Below, one piece after another: positions 1 through 15,900 of a stretch of 64,000 nucleotides of DNA (position 1 is its first letter; each line of letters begins with the position of its first letter). Under the pieces are notes generated by a model. The model was given only the letters and a program-made list of their open reading frames with translations. It ran no database searches and was not told the origin of the DNA. This DNA is from Eledone cirrhosa (lineage: Eukaryota). A program made the translations under genes and the position numbers. The DNA lies in the NCBI GenBank assembly GCA_964016885.1, contig OZ024743.1:321470001-321534000 (forward strand), written 5' to 3'.

Positions 1-1387
1 GGAGCCACACAGCAACATTGTGTTGAAGTGGAGCCACACAGCCACAGTGTGTTGAAGTGGACCCACACAGCAACATTGTGTTGAAGTGGAGCCACACAGC
101 AACATTGTGTTGAAGTGGAGCCACACAGCAACATTGTGCTGAAGTGGAGTCACACAGCAACTTTGTGCTGAAGTGGGCCCACACAGCAACATTGAGTTGA
201 AGTGGAGACACACAGCAGCATTGTGCTGAAGTGGAGCCACACAGCAACATTGTGCTGAAGTGGAGCCACACAGCAACATTGTGCTGAAGTGGAGTCACAC
301 AGCAACATTGTGTTGAAGTGGAGCCACACAGCAACATTGTGTTGAAGTGGAGCGACACAGCAACATTGTGTTGAAGTGGAGCCACACAGCAACATTGTGC
401 TGAAGTGGAGTCACACAGCAACATTGTGTTGAAGTGGAGCCACACAGCAACATTGTGCTGAAGTGGGCCCACACAGCAACATTGAGTTGAAGTGGAGACA
501 CACAGCAGCATTGTGCTGATGTGGAGCCACACAGCAACATTGTGCTGCAGTAGAGACACATAGCAACATTGTGTTGAAGTGGACCCACACAGCAACATTG
601 TGTTGAAGTAGAGCCACACAGCAACATGGTGTTGAAGTGGTGCCACCCAGCAACATTGTGCTGAAGTGGAGTCAAATAGCAACATTGTGTTGAAGTGAGG
701 CCACACAGCATCATTGTGTTGAAGTGGAGCCACACAGCAACATTGTGCTGAAGTGGGCCCACACAGCAACATTGTGCTGAAGTGGAGTCAAATAGCAACA
801 TTGTGCTGAAGTGAGGCCACACAGCATCATTGTGTTGAAGTAGAGCCACACAGCAACATTCTGTTGAAGTGGTCCCACACAGCAGCATTGTGCTGAAGTG
901 GAGCCACACAGCAACATTGTGCTGAAGTGGATCCACACAACAACATTGTGCTGAAGTGGAGCCACACAGCAACATAGTGTTGAAGTGGTGCCACCCGGCA
1001 ACATTGTGCTGAAGTGGTGCCACACAGCAACATTGTGCTGAAGTGGAGTCAAATAGTAACATTGTGTTGAAGTGAGGTCACACAGCAACATTGTGTTGAA
1101 GTGGAGCCACACAGCAACATTGTGCTGAAGTGAGGTCACACAGCAACATTGTGCTGAAGTGGAGCCACACAGCAACATTGTGTTGAAGTGGAGCCACACA
1201 GCCACAGTGTGTTGAAGTGGACCCACACAGCAACATTGTGTTGAAGTGGAGCCACACAGCAACATTGTGTTGAAGTGGAGCCACACAGCAACATTGTGTT
1301 GAAGTGGAGCCACACAGCAACATTGTGTTGAAGTGGAGCCACACAGCAACATTGTGCTGAAATGGAGTCACACAGCAACATTGTGTT

Positions 1388-4300
1388 GAAGTGGAGCCAC
1401 ACAGCAACATTGTGCTGAAGTGGGCCCACATAGCAACATTGTGTTGAAGTGGTCCCACACAGCAACATTGTGCTGAAGTAGAGCCACACTGCAACATTGT
1501 GTGGAAGTGGAGCCACACAGCAACATTGTGTTGAAGTGGAACCACACAGCAACATTGTGCTGAAGTGGAGCCACCCAGCATCATTGTGCTGAAGTGGAGC
1601 GACACAGCAACATTGTGCTGAAGTGGAGCCACACAGCAACATTGTGCTGAAGTGGAGCCACACAGCAACATTGTGCTGAAGTTGATCCACACAGCAACAT
1701 TGTGCTGAAGTAGAGCCACACAGCAACATTGTGCTGAAGTAGAGCCACACAGCAACATTGTGCTGAAGTAGAGCCACACAGCAACATTGTGTTGAAGTGG
1801 AGCCACACAGCAACATTGTGCTGAAGTGGAGCCACACAGCCACATTGTGTTGAAGTGGAGCCACATAGTAACATTGTGTTGAAGTAGAGCCACACAGCAA
1901 CATTGTGCTGAAGTGGAGCCACGCAGCAACATTGTGCTGAAGTGGAGCCACACAGCAACATTGTGTTGAAGTGGACCCACACAGCACCATTGTGCTGAAG
2001 TGGAGTCAAATAGCAACATTGTGTTGAAGTGAGGCCACACATCAACATTTGTTGAAGTGTAGCCACACAGCAACATTGAGTTGAAGTGGAGCCACACAGC
2101 AACATTGTGCTGAAATTGAGCCACGTAGCAACATCGTGTTGAAGTGGAGCCACACAGCAACATTGGGTTGAAGTGGAGCCACACAGCAACATTGTGCTGA
2201 AGTGAGGTCACACAGCAACATTTTGCTGAAGTAGAGCCACTCAGCAACATTGTGTTGAAGTGGAACCACACAGCAACATTGTGCTGAAGTGGAGCCACCC
2301 AGCAACATTGTGCTGAAGTGGGCAACACAGCAACATTGTGCTGAAGTGGAGCCAGCCCAGCAACATTGTGCTGAAGTGGATCCACACAACAACATTGTGC
2401 TGAAGTGGAGCGACACAGCAACATTGTGCTGAAATGGAGCCACATAGCGACATTGTGCTGAAGTGGAGACACACATCAACATTGTGTTGAAGTGGAGCCA
2501 CACAGCAACATGGTGTTGAAGTGGTGCCACCCGGCAACATTGTGCTGAAGTGGTGCCACACAGCAACATTGTGCTGAAGTGGAGTCAAATAGCAACATTG
2601 TGTTGAAGTGAGGTCACACAGCAACATTGTGTTGAAGTGGAGCCACACAGCAACATTGAGTTGAAGTGGAGCCACACAGCAACATTGTGCTGAAGTGGAG
2701 CCACACAACAACATTGTGTTGAAGTGGATCCACACAGCAACATTGAGTTGAAGTGGAGCAACACAGCAACATTGTGCTGAAGTGAGGTCACACAGCAACA
2801 TTGTGCTGAAGTGGGGCCACACAGCAACATTGTGTTGAAGTGGAGCCACACAGCCACAGTGTGTTGAAGTGGACCCACACAGCAACATTGTGTTGAAGTG
2901 GAGCCACACAGCAACATTGTGTTGAAGTGGAGCCACACAACATTGTGTTGAAGTGGAGCCACACAGCAACATTGTGCTGAAGTGGAGTCATACAGCAACA
3001 TTGTGTTGAAGTGGAGCCACACAGCAACATTATGCTGAAGTGGGCCCACATAGCAACATTGTGTTGAAGTGGTCCCACACAGCAACATTGTGCTGAAGTA
3101 GAGCCACACAGCAACATTGTGTTGAAGTGGAGCCACACAGCAACTTTGTGTTGAAGTGGAACCACACAGCAACATTGTGCTGAAGTGGAGCCACCCAGCA
3201 ACATTGTGCTGAAGTGGAGCGACACAGCAACATTGTGCTGAAGTGGAGCCACACAGGAACATTGTGCTGAAGTGGAGCCACACAGCAACATTGTGCTGAA
3301 GTTGATCCACACAGCAACATTGTGCTGAAGTGGAGACACACAGCAACATTGTGTTGAAGTGGAGCCACACAGCAACATGGTATTGAAGTGGTGCCACCCA
3401 GCAACATTGTGCTGAAGTGGAGTCAAATAGCAACATTGTGTTGAAGTGAGGCCACACAGCATCATTGTGTTGAAGTGGAGCCACACAACAACATTGAGTT
3501 GAAGTGGAGCCACACAGCAACATTGTGCTGAAGTGGAGCCACACAACAACATTGTGTTGAAGTGGATCCACACAGCAACATTGAGTTGAAGTGGAGCAAC
3601 ACAGCAACATTGTGCTGAAGTGAGGTCACACAGCAACATTGTGCTGAAGTGGAGCCACACAGCAACATTGTGTTGAAGTGGAGCCACACAGCCACATTGT
3701 GTTGAAGTGGAGCCACACAGCAACATTGTGTTGAAGTGGAGCCACACAGCAACATTGTGCTGAAGTGGGGCCACACAGCAACATTGTGTTGAAGTGGAGC
3801 CACACAGTAACATTGTGTTGAAGAGGAGCCACACAGCAACATTGTGCTGAAGTGGAGCCACACAGCAACATTGCGCTGAAGTAGAGCCACACAGCAACAT
3901 TGTGCTGAAGTGGAGCCACGCAGCAACATTGTGCTGAAGTGGAGCCACAAAGCAACATTGTGTTGAAGTGGAGCCACACAGCAACATTGTGCTGAAGTGG
4001 AGCCACACAGCAACATTGTGCTGAAATGGACCAACACAGCAACATTGTGCTGAAGTGGAGCCACACACCAACATTGTGTTGAAGTGCAGACACACAGCAA
4101 CATTGTGTGGAAGTGGAGCGACACAGCAACATTGTGTTGAAGAGGAGCCACACAGCAACATTGTGCTGAAGTAGAGCCACACAGCAACATTGCGCTGAAG
4201 TAGAGCCACACAGCAACATTGTGCTGAAGTAGAGCCACACAGCAACATTTTGCTGAAGTAGAGCCACACAGCAACATTGTGTTGAAGTGGAGCCACACAG

Positions 4301-7300
4301 CAACATTGTGCTGAAGTGGAGTCACACAGCAACATTGTGTTGAAGTGGAGTCACACAGCAACATTGTGCTGAAGTGGAGCCACATAGCAACATCGTGTTG
4401 AAGTGGAGCCACACAGCAACATTGTGTTGAAGTGGAGCCACACAGCCACATTGTGCTGAAGTAGAGCCACACAGCAACATTGTGCTGAAGTAGAGCCACA
4501 CAGCAACATTGTGCTGAAGTAGAGCCACACAGCAACATTGTGCTGAAGTAGAGTCACACAGCAACATTGGGTTGAAGTGGAGCCACACAGTAACATTGTG
4601 CTGAAGTGAGGTCACACAGCAACATTGTGCTGAAGTAGAGCCACACAGAAACATTGTGCTGAAGTGGAGCCACACAGCAAAATTGTTTTGAAGTAGAGCC
4701 ACACAGCAACATTGTGTTGAAGTGGAACCACACAGCAACATTGTGCTGAAGTGGAGCGACACAGCAACATTGTGCTGAAGTGGAGCCACACAGCAACATT
4801 GTGCTGAAGGGGATCCACACAACAACATTGTGCTGAAGTGGAGACACACATCAACATTGTGTTGAAGTGGAACCACACAGCAACATTGTGCTGAAGTGGA
4901 GCCACACAGCCACATTGTGTTGAAGTGGAGCCACATAGTAAAATTGTGTTGAAGTAGAGCCACACAGCAACATTGTGCTGAAGTGGAGCCACGCAGCAAC
5001 ATTGTGCTGAAGTGGAGCCACACAGCAACATTGTGTTGAAGTGGAGCCACACAGCACCATTGTGCTGAAGTGGAGTCAAATAGCAACATTGTGTTGAAGT
5101 GAGGCCACACATCAACATTTGTTGAAGTGGAGCCACACAGCAACATTGAGTTGAAGTGGAGCCACACAGCAACATTGTGCTGAAATTGAGTCACGTAGCA
5201 AAATCGTGTTGAAGTGGAACCACACAGCAACATTGGGTTGAAGTGGAGCCACACAGCAACATTGTGCTGAAGTGAGGTCACACAGCAACATTGTGCTGAA
5301 GTAGAGCCACACAGCAACATTGTGTTGAAGTGGAACCACACAGCAACATTGTGCTGAAGTGGAGCCACCCAGCAACATTGTGCTGAAATGGGCGACACAG
5401 CAACATTGTGCTGAAGTGGAGCCACACAGCAACATTGTGCTGAAGTGGATTCACACAACAACATTGTGCTGAAGTGGAGACACACATCAACATTGTGTTG
5501 AAGTGGTGCCACCCGGCAACATTGTGTTGAAGTGGTGCCACACAGCAACATTGTGCTGAAGTGGAGTCAAATAGCAACATTGTGTTGAAGTGAGGTCACA
5601 CAGCAACATCGTGTTGAAGTGGAGCCACACAGCAACATTGAGTTGAAGTGGAGCCACACAGCAACATTGTGCTGAAGTGGAGCCACACAACAACATTGTG
5701 TTGAAGTGGATCCACACAGCAACATTGAGTTGAAGTGGAGCAACACAGCAACATTGTGCTGAAGTGAGGTCACACAGCAACATTGTGCTGAAGTGGAGCC
5801 ACACAGCAACATTGTGTTGAAGTGGAGCCACACAGCCACATTGTGTTGAAGTGGAGCCACACAGCAACATTGTGTTGAAGTGGAGCCACACAGCAACATT
5901 GTGCTGAAGTGGGGCCACACAGCAACATTGTGTTGAAGTGGAGCCACACAGTAACATTGTGTTGAAGAGGAGCCACACAGCAACATTGTGCTGAAGTGGA
6001 GCCACACAGCAACATTGCGCTGAAGTAGAGCCACACAGCAACATTGTGCTGAAGTGGAGCCACGCAGCAACATTGTGCTGAAGTGGAGCCACAAAGCAAC
6101 ATTGTGTTGAAGTGGAGCCACACAGCAACATTGTGCTGAAGTGGAGCCACACAGCAACATTGTGCTGAAATGGACCAACACAGCAACATTGTGCTGAAGT
6201 GGAGCCACACACCAACATTGTGTTGAAGTGCAGACACACAGCAACATTGTGTGGAAGTGGAGCGACACAGCAACATTGTGTTGAAGAGGAGCCACACAGC
6301 AACATTGTGCTGAAGTAGAGCCACACAGCAACATTGCGCTGAAGTAGAGCCACACAGCAACATTGTGCTGAAGTGGAGCCACACAGCAACATTGTGCTGA
6401 AGTGGGCCCACATAGCAACATTGTGTTGAAGTGGTCCCACACAGCAACATTGTGCTGAAGTAGAGCCACACTGCAACATTGTGTGGAAGTGGAGCCACAC
6501 AGCAACATTGTGTTGAAGTGGAACCACACAGCAACATTGTGCTGAAGTGGAGCCACCCAGCATCATTGTGCTGAAGTGGAGCGACACAGCAACATTGTGC
6601 TGAAGTGGAGCCACACAGCAACATTGTGCTGAAGTGGAGCCACACAGCAACATTGTGCTGAAGTTGATCCACACAGCAACATTGTGCTGAAGTAGAGCCA
6701 CACAGCAACATTGTGCTGAAGTAGAGCCACACAGCAACATTGTGCTGAAGTAGAGCCACACAGCAACATTGTGTTGAAGTGGAGCCACACAGCAACATTG
6801 TGCTGAAGTGGAGCCACACAGCCACATTGTGTTGAAGTGGAGCCACATAGTAACATTGTGTTGAAGTAGAGCCACACAGCAACATTGTGCTGAAGTGGAG
6901 CCACGCAGCAACATTGTGCTGAAGTGGAGCCACACAGCAACATTGTGTTGAAGTGGACCCACACAGCACCATTGTGCTGAAGTGGAGTCAAATAGCAACA
7001 TTGTGTTGAAGTGAGGCCACACATCAACATTTGTTGAAGTGTAGCCACACAGCAACATTGAGTTGAAGTGGAGCCACACAGCAACATTGTGCTGAAATTG
7101 AGCCACGTAGCAACATCGTGTTGAAGTGGAGCCACACAGCAACATTGGGTTGAAGTGGAGCCACACAGCAACATTGTGCTGAAGTGAGGTCACACAGCAA
7201 CATTTTGCTGAAGTAGAGCCACTCAGCAACATTGTGTTGAAGTGGAACCACACAGCAACATTGTGCTGAAGTGGAGCCACCCAGCAACATTGTGCTGAAG

Positions 7301-10300
7301 TGGGCAACACAGCAACATTGTGCTGAAGTGGAGCCAGCCCAGCAACATTGTGCTGAAGTGGATCCACACAACAACATTGTGCTGAAGTGGAGCGACACAG
7401 CAACATTGTGCTGAAATGGAGCCACATAGCGACATTGTGCTGAAGTGGAGACACACATCAACATTGTGTTGAAGTGGAGCCACACAGCAACATGGTGTTG
7501 AAGTGGTGCCACCCGGCAACATTGTGCTGAAGTGGTGCCACACAGCAACATTGTGCTGAAGTGGAGTCAAATAGCAACATTGTGTTGAAGTGAGGTCACA
7601 CAGCAACATTGTGTTGAAGTGGAGCCACACAGCAACATTGAGTTGAAGTGGAGCCACACAGCAACATTGTGCTGAAGTGGAGCCACACAACAACATTGTG
7701 TTGAAGTGGATCCACACAGCAACATTGAGTTGAAGTGGAGCAACACAGCAACATTGTGCTGAAGTGAGGTCACACAGCAACATTGTGCTGAAGTGGGGCC
7801 ACACAGCAACATTGTGTTGAAGTGGAGCCACACAGCCACAGTGTGTTGAAGTGGACCCACACAGCAACATTGTGTTGAAGTGGAGCCACACAGCAACATT
7901 GTGTTGAAGTGGAGCCACACAACATTGTGTTGAAGTGGAGCCACACAGCAACATTGTGCTGAAGTGGAGTCATACAGCAACATTGTGTTGAAGTGGAGCC
8001 ACACAGCAACATTATGCTGAAGTGGGCCCACATAGCAACATTGTGTTGAAGTGGTCCCACACAGCAACATTGTGCTGAAGTAGAGCCACACAGCAACATT
8101 GTGTTGAAGTGGAGCCACACAGCAACTTTGTGTTGAAGTGGAACCACACAGCAACATTGTGCTGAAGTGGAGCCACCCAGCAACATTGTGCTGAAGTGGA
8201 GCGACACAGCAACATTGTGCTGAAGTGGAGCCACACAGGAACATTGTGCTGAAGTGGAGCCACACAGCAACATTGTGCTGAAGTTGATCCACACAGCAAC
8301 ATTGTGCTGAAGTGGAGACACACAGCAACATTGTGTTGAAGTGGAGCCACACAGCAACATGGTATTGAAGTGGTGCCACCCAGCAACATTGTGCTGAAGT
8401 GGAGTCAAATAGCAACATTGTGTTGAAGTGAGGCCACACAGCATCATTGTGTTGAAGTGGAGCCACACAACAACATTGAGTTGAAGTGGAGCCACACAGC
8501 AACATTGTGCTGAAGTGGAGCCACACAACAACATTGTGTTGAAGTGGATCCACACAGCAACATTGAGTTGAAGTGGAGCAACACAGCAACATTGTGCTGA
8601 AGTGAGGTCACACAGCAACATTGTGCTGAAGTGGAGCCACACAGCAACATTGTGTTGAAGTGGAGCCACACAGCCACATTGTGTTGAAGTGGAGCCACAC
8701 AGCAACATTGTGTTGAAGTGGAGCCACACAGCAACATTGTGCTGAAGTGGGGCCACACAGCAACATTGTGTTGAAGTGGAGCCACACAGTAACATTGTGT
8801 TGAAGAGGAGCCACACAGCAACATTGTGCTGAAGTGGAGCCACACAGCAACATTGCGCTGAAGTAGAGCCACACAGCAACATTGTGCTGAAGTGGAGCCA
8901 CGCAGCAACATTGTGCTGAAGTGGAGCCACAAAGCAACATTGTGTTGAAGTGGAGCCACACAGCAACATTGTGCTGAAGTGGAGCCACACAGCAACATTG
9001 TGCTGAAATGGACCAACACAGCAACATTGTGCTGAAGTGGAGCCACACACCAACATTGTGTTGAAGTGCAGACACACAGCAACATTGTGTGGAAGTGGAG
9101 CGACACAGCAACATTGTGTTGAAGAGGAGCCACACAGCAACATTGTGCTGAAGTAGAGCCACACAGCAACATTGCGCTGAAGTAGAGCCACACAGCAACA
9201 TTGTGCTGAAGTAGAGCCACACAGCAACATTTTGCTGAAGTAGAGCCACACAGCAACATTGTGTTGAAGTGGAGCCACACAGCAACATTGTGCTGAAGTG
9301 GAGTCACACAGCAACATTGTGTTGAAGTGGAGTCACACAGCAACATTGTGCTGAAGTGGAGCCACATAGCAACATCGTGTTGAAGTGGAGCCACACAGCA
9401 ACATTGTGTTGAAGTGGAGCCACACAGCCACATTGTGCTGAAGTAGAGCCACACAGCAACATTGTGCTGAAGTAGAGCCACACAGCAACATTGTGCTGAA
9501 GTAGAGCCACACAGCAACATTGTGCTGAAGTAGAGTCACACAGCAACATTGGGTTGAAGTGGAGCCACACAGTAACATTGTGCTGAAGTGAGGTCACACA
9601 GCAACATTGTGCTGAAGTAGAGCCACACAGAAACATTGTGCTGAAGTGGAGCCACACAGCAAAATTGTTTTGAAGTAGAGCCACACAGCAACATTGTGTT
9701 GAAGTGGAACCACACAGCAACATTGTGCTGAAGTGGAGCGACACAGCAACATTGTGCTGAAGTGGAGCCACACAGCAACATTGTGCTGAAGGGGATCCAC
9801 ACAACAACATTGTGCTGAAGTGGAGACACACATCAACATTGTGTTGAAGTGGAACCACACAGCAACATTGTGCTGAAGTGGAGCCACACAGCCACATTGT
9901 GTTGAAGTGGAGCCACATAGTAAAATTGTGTTGAAGTAGAGCCACACAGCAACATTGTGCTGAAGTGGAGCCACGCAGCAACATTGTGCTGAAGTGGAGC
10001 CACACAGCAACATTGTGTTGAAGTGGAGCCACACAGCACCATTGTGCTGAAGTGGAGTCAAATAGCAACATTGTGTTGAAGTGAGGCCACACATCAACAT
10101 TTGTTGAAGTGGAGCCACACAGCAACATTGAGTTGAAGTGGAGCCACACAGCAACATTGTGCTGAAATTGAGTCACGTAGCAAAATCGTGTTGAAGTGGA
10201 ACCACACAGCAACATTGGGTTGAAGTGGAGCCACACAGCAACATTGTGCTGAAGTGAGGTCACACAGCAACATTGTGCTGAAGTAGAGCCACACAGCAAC

Positions 10301-11352
10301 ATTGTGTTGAAGTGGAACCACACAGCAACATTGTGCTGAAGTGGAGCCACCCAGCAACATTGTGCTGAAATGGGCGACACAGCAACATTGTGCTGAAGTG
10401 GAGCCACACAGCAACATTGTGCTGAAGTGGATTCACACAACAACATTGTGCTGAAGTGGAGACACACATCAACATTGTGTTGAAGTGGTGCCACCCGGCA
10501 ACATTGTGTTGAAGTGGTGCCACACAGCAACATTGTGCTGAAGTGGAGTCAAATAGCAACATTGTGTTGAAGTGAGGTCACACAGCAACATCGTGTTGAA
10601 GTGGAGCCACACAGCAACATTGAGTTGAAGTGGAGCCACACAGCAACATTGTGCTGAAGTGGAGCCACACAACAACATTGTGTTGAAGTGGATCCACACA
10701 GCAACATTGAGTTGAAGTGGAGCAACACAGCAACATTGTGCTGAAGTGAGGTCACACAGCAACATTGTGCTGAAGTGGAGCCACACAGCAACATTGTGTT
10801 GAAGTGGAGCCACACAGCCACATTGTGTTGAAGTGGAGCCACACAGCAACATTGTGTTGAAGTGGAGCCACACAGCAACATTGTGCTGAAGTGGGGCCAC
10901 ACAGCAACATTGTGTTGAAGTGGAGCCACACAGTAACATTGTGTTGAAGAGGAGCCACACAGCAACATTGTGCTGAAGTGGAGCCACACAGCAACATTGC
11001 GCTGAAGTAGAGCCACACAGCAACATTGTGCTGAAGTGGAGCCACGCAGCAACATTGTGCTGAAGTGGAGCCACAAAGCAACATTGTGTTGAAGTGGAGC
11101 CACACAGCAACATTGTGCTGAAGTGGAGCCACACAGCAACATTGTGCTGAAATGGACCAACACAGCAACATTGTGCTGAAGTGGAGCCACACACCAACAT
11201 TGTGTTGAAGTGCAGACACACAGCAACATTGTGTGGAAGTGGAGCGACACAGCAACATTGTGTTGAAGAGGAGCCACACAGCAACATTGTGCTGAAGTAG
11301 AGCCACACAGCAACATTGCGCTGAAGTAGAGCCACACAGCAACATTGTGCTG
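1388..11352. repeat. 4982-bp tandem segmental duplication (172 monomers, net -6 bp), two apparently identical copies
   Basis: The ORF track repeats with identical translations at a +4982 offset (2042/7024, 2241/7223, 2585/7567, 2788/7770, 4322/9304, 5278/10260). Marker TGGGCCCACATAG at 1421 and 6403. Confidence 0.92.
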
Positions 11353-12922
11353 AAGTAGAGCCACACAGCAACATTTTGCTGAAGTAGAGCCACACAGCAA
11401 CATTGTGTTGAAGTGGAGCCACACAGCAACATTGTGCTGAAGTGGAGTCACACAGCAACATTGTGTTGAAGTGGAGTCACACAGCAACATTGTGCTGAAG
11501 TGGAGCCACATAGCAACATCGTGTTGAAGTGGAGCCACACAGCAACATTGTGTTGAAGTGGAGCCACACAGCCACATTGTGCTGAAGTAGAGCCACACAG
11601 CAACATTGTGCTGAAGTAGAGCCACACAGCAACATTGTGCTGAAGTAGAGCCACACAGCAACATTGTGCTGAAGTAGAGTCACACAGCAACATTGGGTTG
11701 AAGTGGAGCCACACAGTAACATTGTGCTGAAGTGAGGTCACACAGCAACATTGTGCTGAAGTAGAGCCACACAGAAACATTGTGCTGAAGTGGAGCCACA
11801 CAGCAAAATTGTTTTGAAGTAGAGCCACACAGCAACATTGTGTTGAAGTGGAACCACACAGCAACATTGTGCTGAAGTGGAGCGACACAGCAACATTGTG
11901 CTGAAGTGGAGCCACACAGCAACATTGTGCTGAAGGGGATCCACACAACAACATTGTGCTGAAGTGGAGACACACATCAACATTGTGTTGAAGTGGAACC
12001 ACACAGCAACATTGTGCTGAAGTGGAGCCACACAGCCACATTGTGTTGAAGTGGAGCCACATAGTAAAATTGTGTTGAAGTAGAGCCACACAGCAACATT
12101 GTGCTGAAGTGGAGCCACGCAGCAACATTGTGCTGAAGTGGAGCCACACAGCAACATTGTGTTGAAGTGGAGCCACACAGCACCATTGTGCTGAAGTGGA
12201 GTCAAATAGCAACATTGTGTTGAAGTGAGGCCACACATCAACATTTGTTGAAGTGGAGCCACACAGCAACATTGAGTTGAAGTGGAGCCACACAGCAACA
12301 TTGTGCTGAAATTGAGTCACGTAGCAAAATCGTGTTGAAGTGGAACCACACAGCAACATTGGGTTGAAGTGGAGCCACACAGCAACATTGTGCTGAAGTG
12401 AGGTCACACAGCAACATTGTGCTGAAGTAGAGCCACACAGCAACATTGTGTTGAAGTGGAACCACACAGCAACATTGTGCTGAAGTGGAGCCACCCAGCA
12501 ACATTGTGCTGAAATGGGCGACACAGCAACATTGTGCTGAAGTGGAGCCACACAGCAACATTGTGCTGAAGTGGATTCACACAACAACATTGTGCTGAAG
12601 TGGAGACACACATCAACATTGTGTTGAAGTGGTGCCACCCGGCAACATTGTGTTGAAGTGGTGCCACACAGCAACATTGTGCTGAAGTGGAGTCAAATAG
12701 CAACATTGTGTTGAAGTGAGGTCACACAGCAACATCGTGTTGAAGTGGAGCCACACAGCAACATTGAGTTGAAGTGGAGCCACACAGCAACATTGTGCTG
12801 AAGTGGAGCCACACAACAACATTGTGTTGAAGTGGATCCACACAGCAACATTGAGTTGAAGTGGAGCAACACAGCAACATTGTGCTGAAGTGAGGTCACA
12901 CAGCAACATTGTGCTGAAGTGG
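8471..12922. repeat. 2144-bp tandem duplication (74 monomers, net -2 bp)
   Basis: Identical ORFs at +2144 (8608/10752, 9304/11448, 9594/11738, 10094/12238, 10260/12404). The match breaks at 10779/12923 (GGAG vs GGGG). Confidence 0.9.
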
Positions 12923-15900
12923 GGCCACACAGCAACATTGTGTTGAAGTGGAGCCACACAGCCACAGTGTGTTGAAGTGGACCCACACAGCAACATTGTG
13001 TTGAAGTGGAGCCACACAGCAACATTGTGTTGAAGTGGAGCCACACAACATTGTGTTGAACTGGATCCACACAGCAACATTGTGTTGAAGTGGAGCCACA
13101 CAGCAACATTGTGCTGAAGTGGACTCATACAGCAACATTGTGTTGAAGTGGAGCCACACAGCAACATTATGCTGAAGTGGGCCCACATAGCAACATTGTG
13201 TTGAAGTGGTCCCACACAGCAACATTGTGCTGAAGTAGAGCCACACAGCAACATTGTGTTGAAGTGGAGCCACACAGCAACTTTGTGTTGAAGTGGAACC
13301 ACACAGCAACATTGTGCTGAAGTGGAGCCACCCAGCAACATTGTGCTGAAGTGGAGCGACACAGCAACATTGTGCTGAAGTGGAGCCACACAGGAACATT
13401 GTGCTGAAGTGGAGCCACACAGCAACATTGTGCTGAAGTTGATCCACACAGCAACATTGTGCTGAAGTGGAGACACACAGCAACATTGTGTTGAAGTGGA
13501 GCCACACAGCAACATGGTATTGAAGTGGTGCCACCCAGCAACATTGTGCTGAAGTGGAGTCAAATAGCAACATTGTGTTGAAGTGAGGCCACACAGCATC
13601 ATTGTGTTGAAGTGGATCCACACAACAACATTGAGTTGAAGTGGAGCCACACAGCAACATTGTGCTGAAGTGGAGCCACACAACAACATTGTGTTGAAGT
13701 GGATCCACACAGCAACATTGAGTTGAAGTGGAGCAACACAGCAACATTGTGCTGAAGTGAGGTCACACAGCAACATTGTGCTGAAGTGGAGCCACACAGC
13801 AACATTGTGTTGAAGTGGAGCCACACAGCCACATTGTGTTGAAGTGGAGCCACACAGCAACATTGTGTTGAAGTGGAGCCACACAGCAACATTGTGCTGA
13901 AGTGGGGCCACACAGCAACATTGTGTTGAAGTGGAGCCACACAGTAACATTGTGTTGAAGAGGAGCCACACAGCAACATTGTGCTGAAGTGGAGCCACAC
14001 AGCAACATTGCGCTGAAGTAGAGCCACACAGCAACATTGTGCTGAAGTGGAGCCACGCAGCAACATTGTGCTGAAGTGGAGCCACAAAGCAACATTGTGT
14101 TGAAGTGGAGCCACACAGCAACATTGTGCTGAAGTGGAGCCACACAGCAACATTGTGCTGAAATGGACCAACACAGCAACATTGTGCTGAAGTGGAGCCA
14201 CACACCAACATTGTGTTGAAGTGCAGACACACAGCAACATTGTGTGGAAGTGGAGCGACACAGCAACATTGTGTTGAAGAGGAGCCACACAGCAACATTG
14301 TGCTGAAGTAGAGCCACACAGCAACATTGCGCTGAAGTAGAGCCACACAGCAACATTGTGCTGAAGTAGAGCCACACAGCAACATTTTGCTGAAGTAGAG
14401 CCACACAGCAACATTGTGTTGAAGTGGAGCCACACAGCAACATTGTGCTGAAGTGGAGTCACACAGCAACATTGTGTTGAAGTGGAGCCACACAGCAACA
14501 TTGTGCTGAAGTGGAGCCACATAGCAACATCGTGTTGAAGTGGAGCCACACAGCAACATTGTGTTGAAGTGGAGCCACACAGCCACATTGTGCTGGGGTA
14601 GAGCCACACAGCAACATTGTGCTGAAGTAGAGCCACACAGCAACATTGTGCTGAAGTAGAGCCACACAGCAACATTGTGCTGAAGTAGAGTCACACAGCA
14701 ACAATGGGTTGAAGTGGAGCCACACAGCAACATTGTGCTGAAGTGAGGTCACACAGCAACATTGTGCTGAAGTAGAGCCACACAGAAACATTGTGCTGAA
14801 GTGGAGCCACACAGCAAAATTGTTTTGAAGTAGAGCCACACAGCAACATTGTGTTGAAGTGGAACCACACAGCAACATTGTGCTGAAGTGGAGCCACCCA
14901 GCAACATTGTGCTGAAGTGGAGCGACACAGCAACATTGTGCTGAAGTGGAGCCACACAGCAACATTGTGCTGAAGGGGATCCACACAACAACATTGTGCT
15001 GAAGTGGAGACACACATCAACATTGTGTTGAAGTGGAACCACACAGCAACATTGTGCTGAAGTGGAGCCACACAGCCACATTGTGTTGAAGTGGAGCCAC
15101 AGAGTAAAATTGTGTTGAAGTAGAGCCACACAGCAACATTGTGCTGAAGTGGAGCCACGCAGCAACATTGTGCTGAAGTGGAGCCACACAGCAACATTGT
15201 GTTGAAGTGGAGCCACACAGCACCATTGTGCTGAAGTGGAGTCAAATAGCAACATTGTGTTGAAGTGAGGCCACACATCAACATTTGTTGAAGTGGAGCC
15301 ACACAGCAACATTGAGTTGAAGTGGAGCCACACAGAAACATTGTGCTGAAATTGAGCCACGTAGCAAAATCGTGTTGAAGTGGAGCCACACAGCAACATT
15401 GGGTTGAAGTGGAGCCACACAGCAACATTGTGCTGAAGTGAGGTCACACAGCAACATTGTGCTGAAGTAGAGCCACACAGCAACATTGTGTTGAAGTGGA
15501 ACCACACAGCAACATTGTGCTGAAGTGGAGCCACCCAGCAACATTGTGCTGAAATGGGCGACACAGCAACATTGTGCTGAAGTGGAGCCACACAGCAACA
15601 TTGTGCTGAAGTGGATTCACACAACAACATTGTGCTGAAGTGGAGACACACATCAACATTGTGTTGAAGTGGTGCCACCCGGCAACATTGTGTTGAAGTG
15701 GTGCCACACAGCAACATTGTGCTGAAGTGGAGTCAAATAGCAACATTGTGTTGAAGTGAGGTCACACAGCAACATCGTGTTGAAGTGGAGCCACACAGCA
15801 ACATTGAGTTGAAGTGGAGCCACACAGCAACATTGTGCTGAAGTGGAGCCACACAACAACATTGTGTTGAAGTGGATCCACACAGCAACATTGAGTTGAA

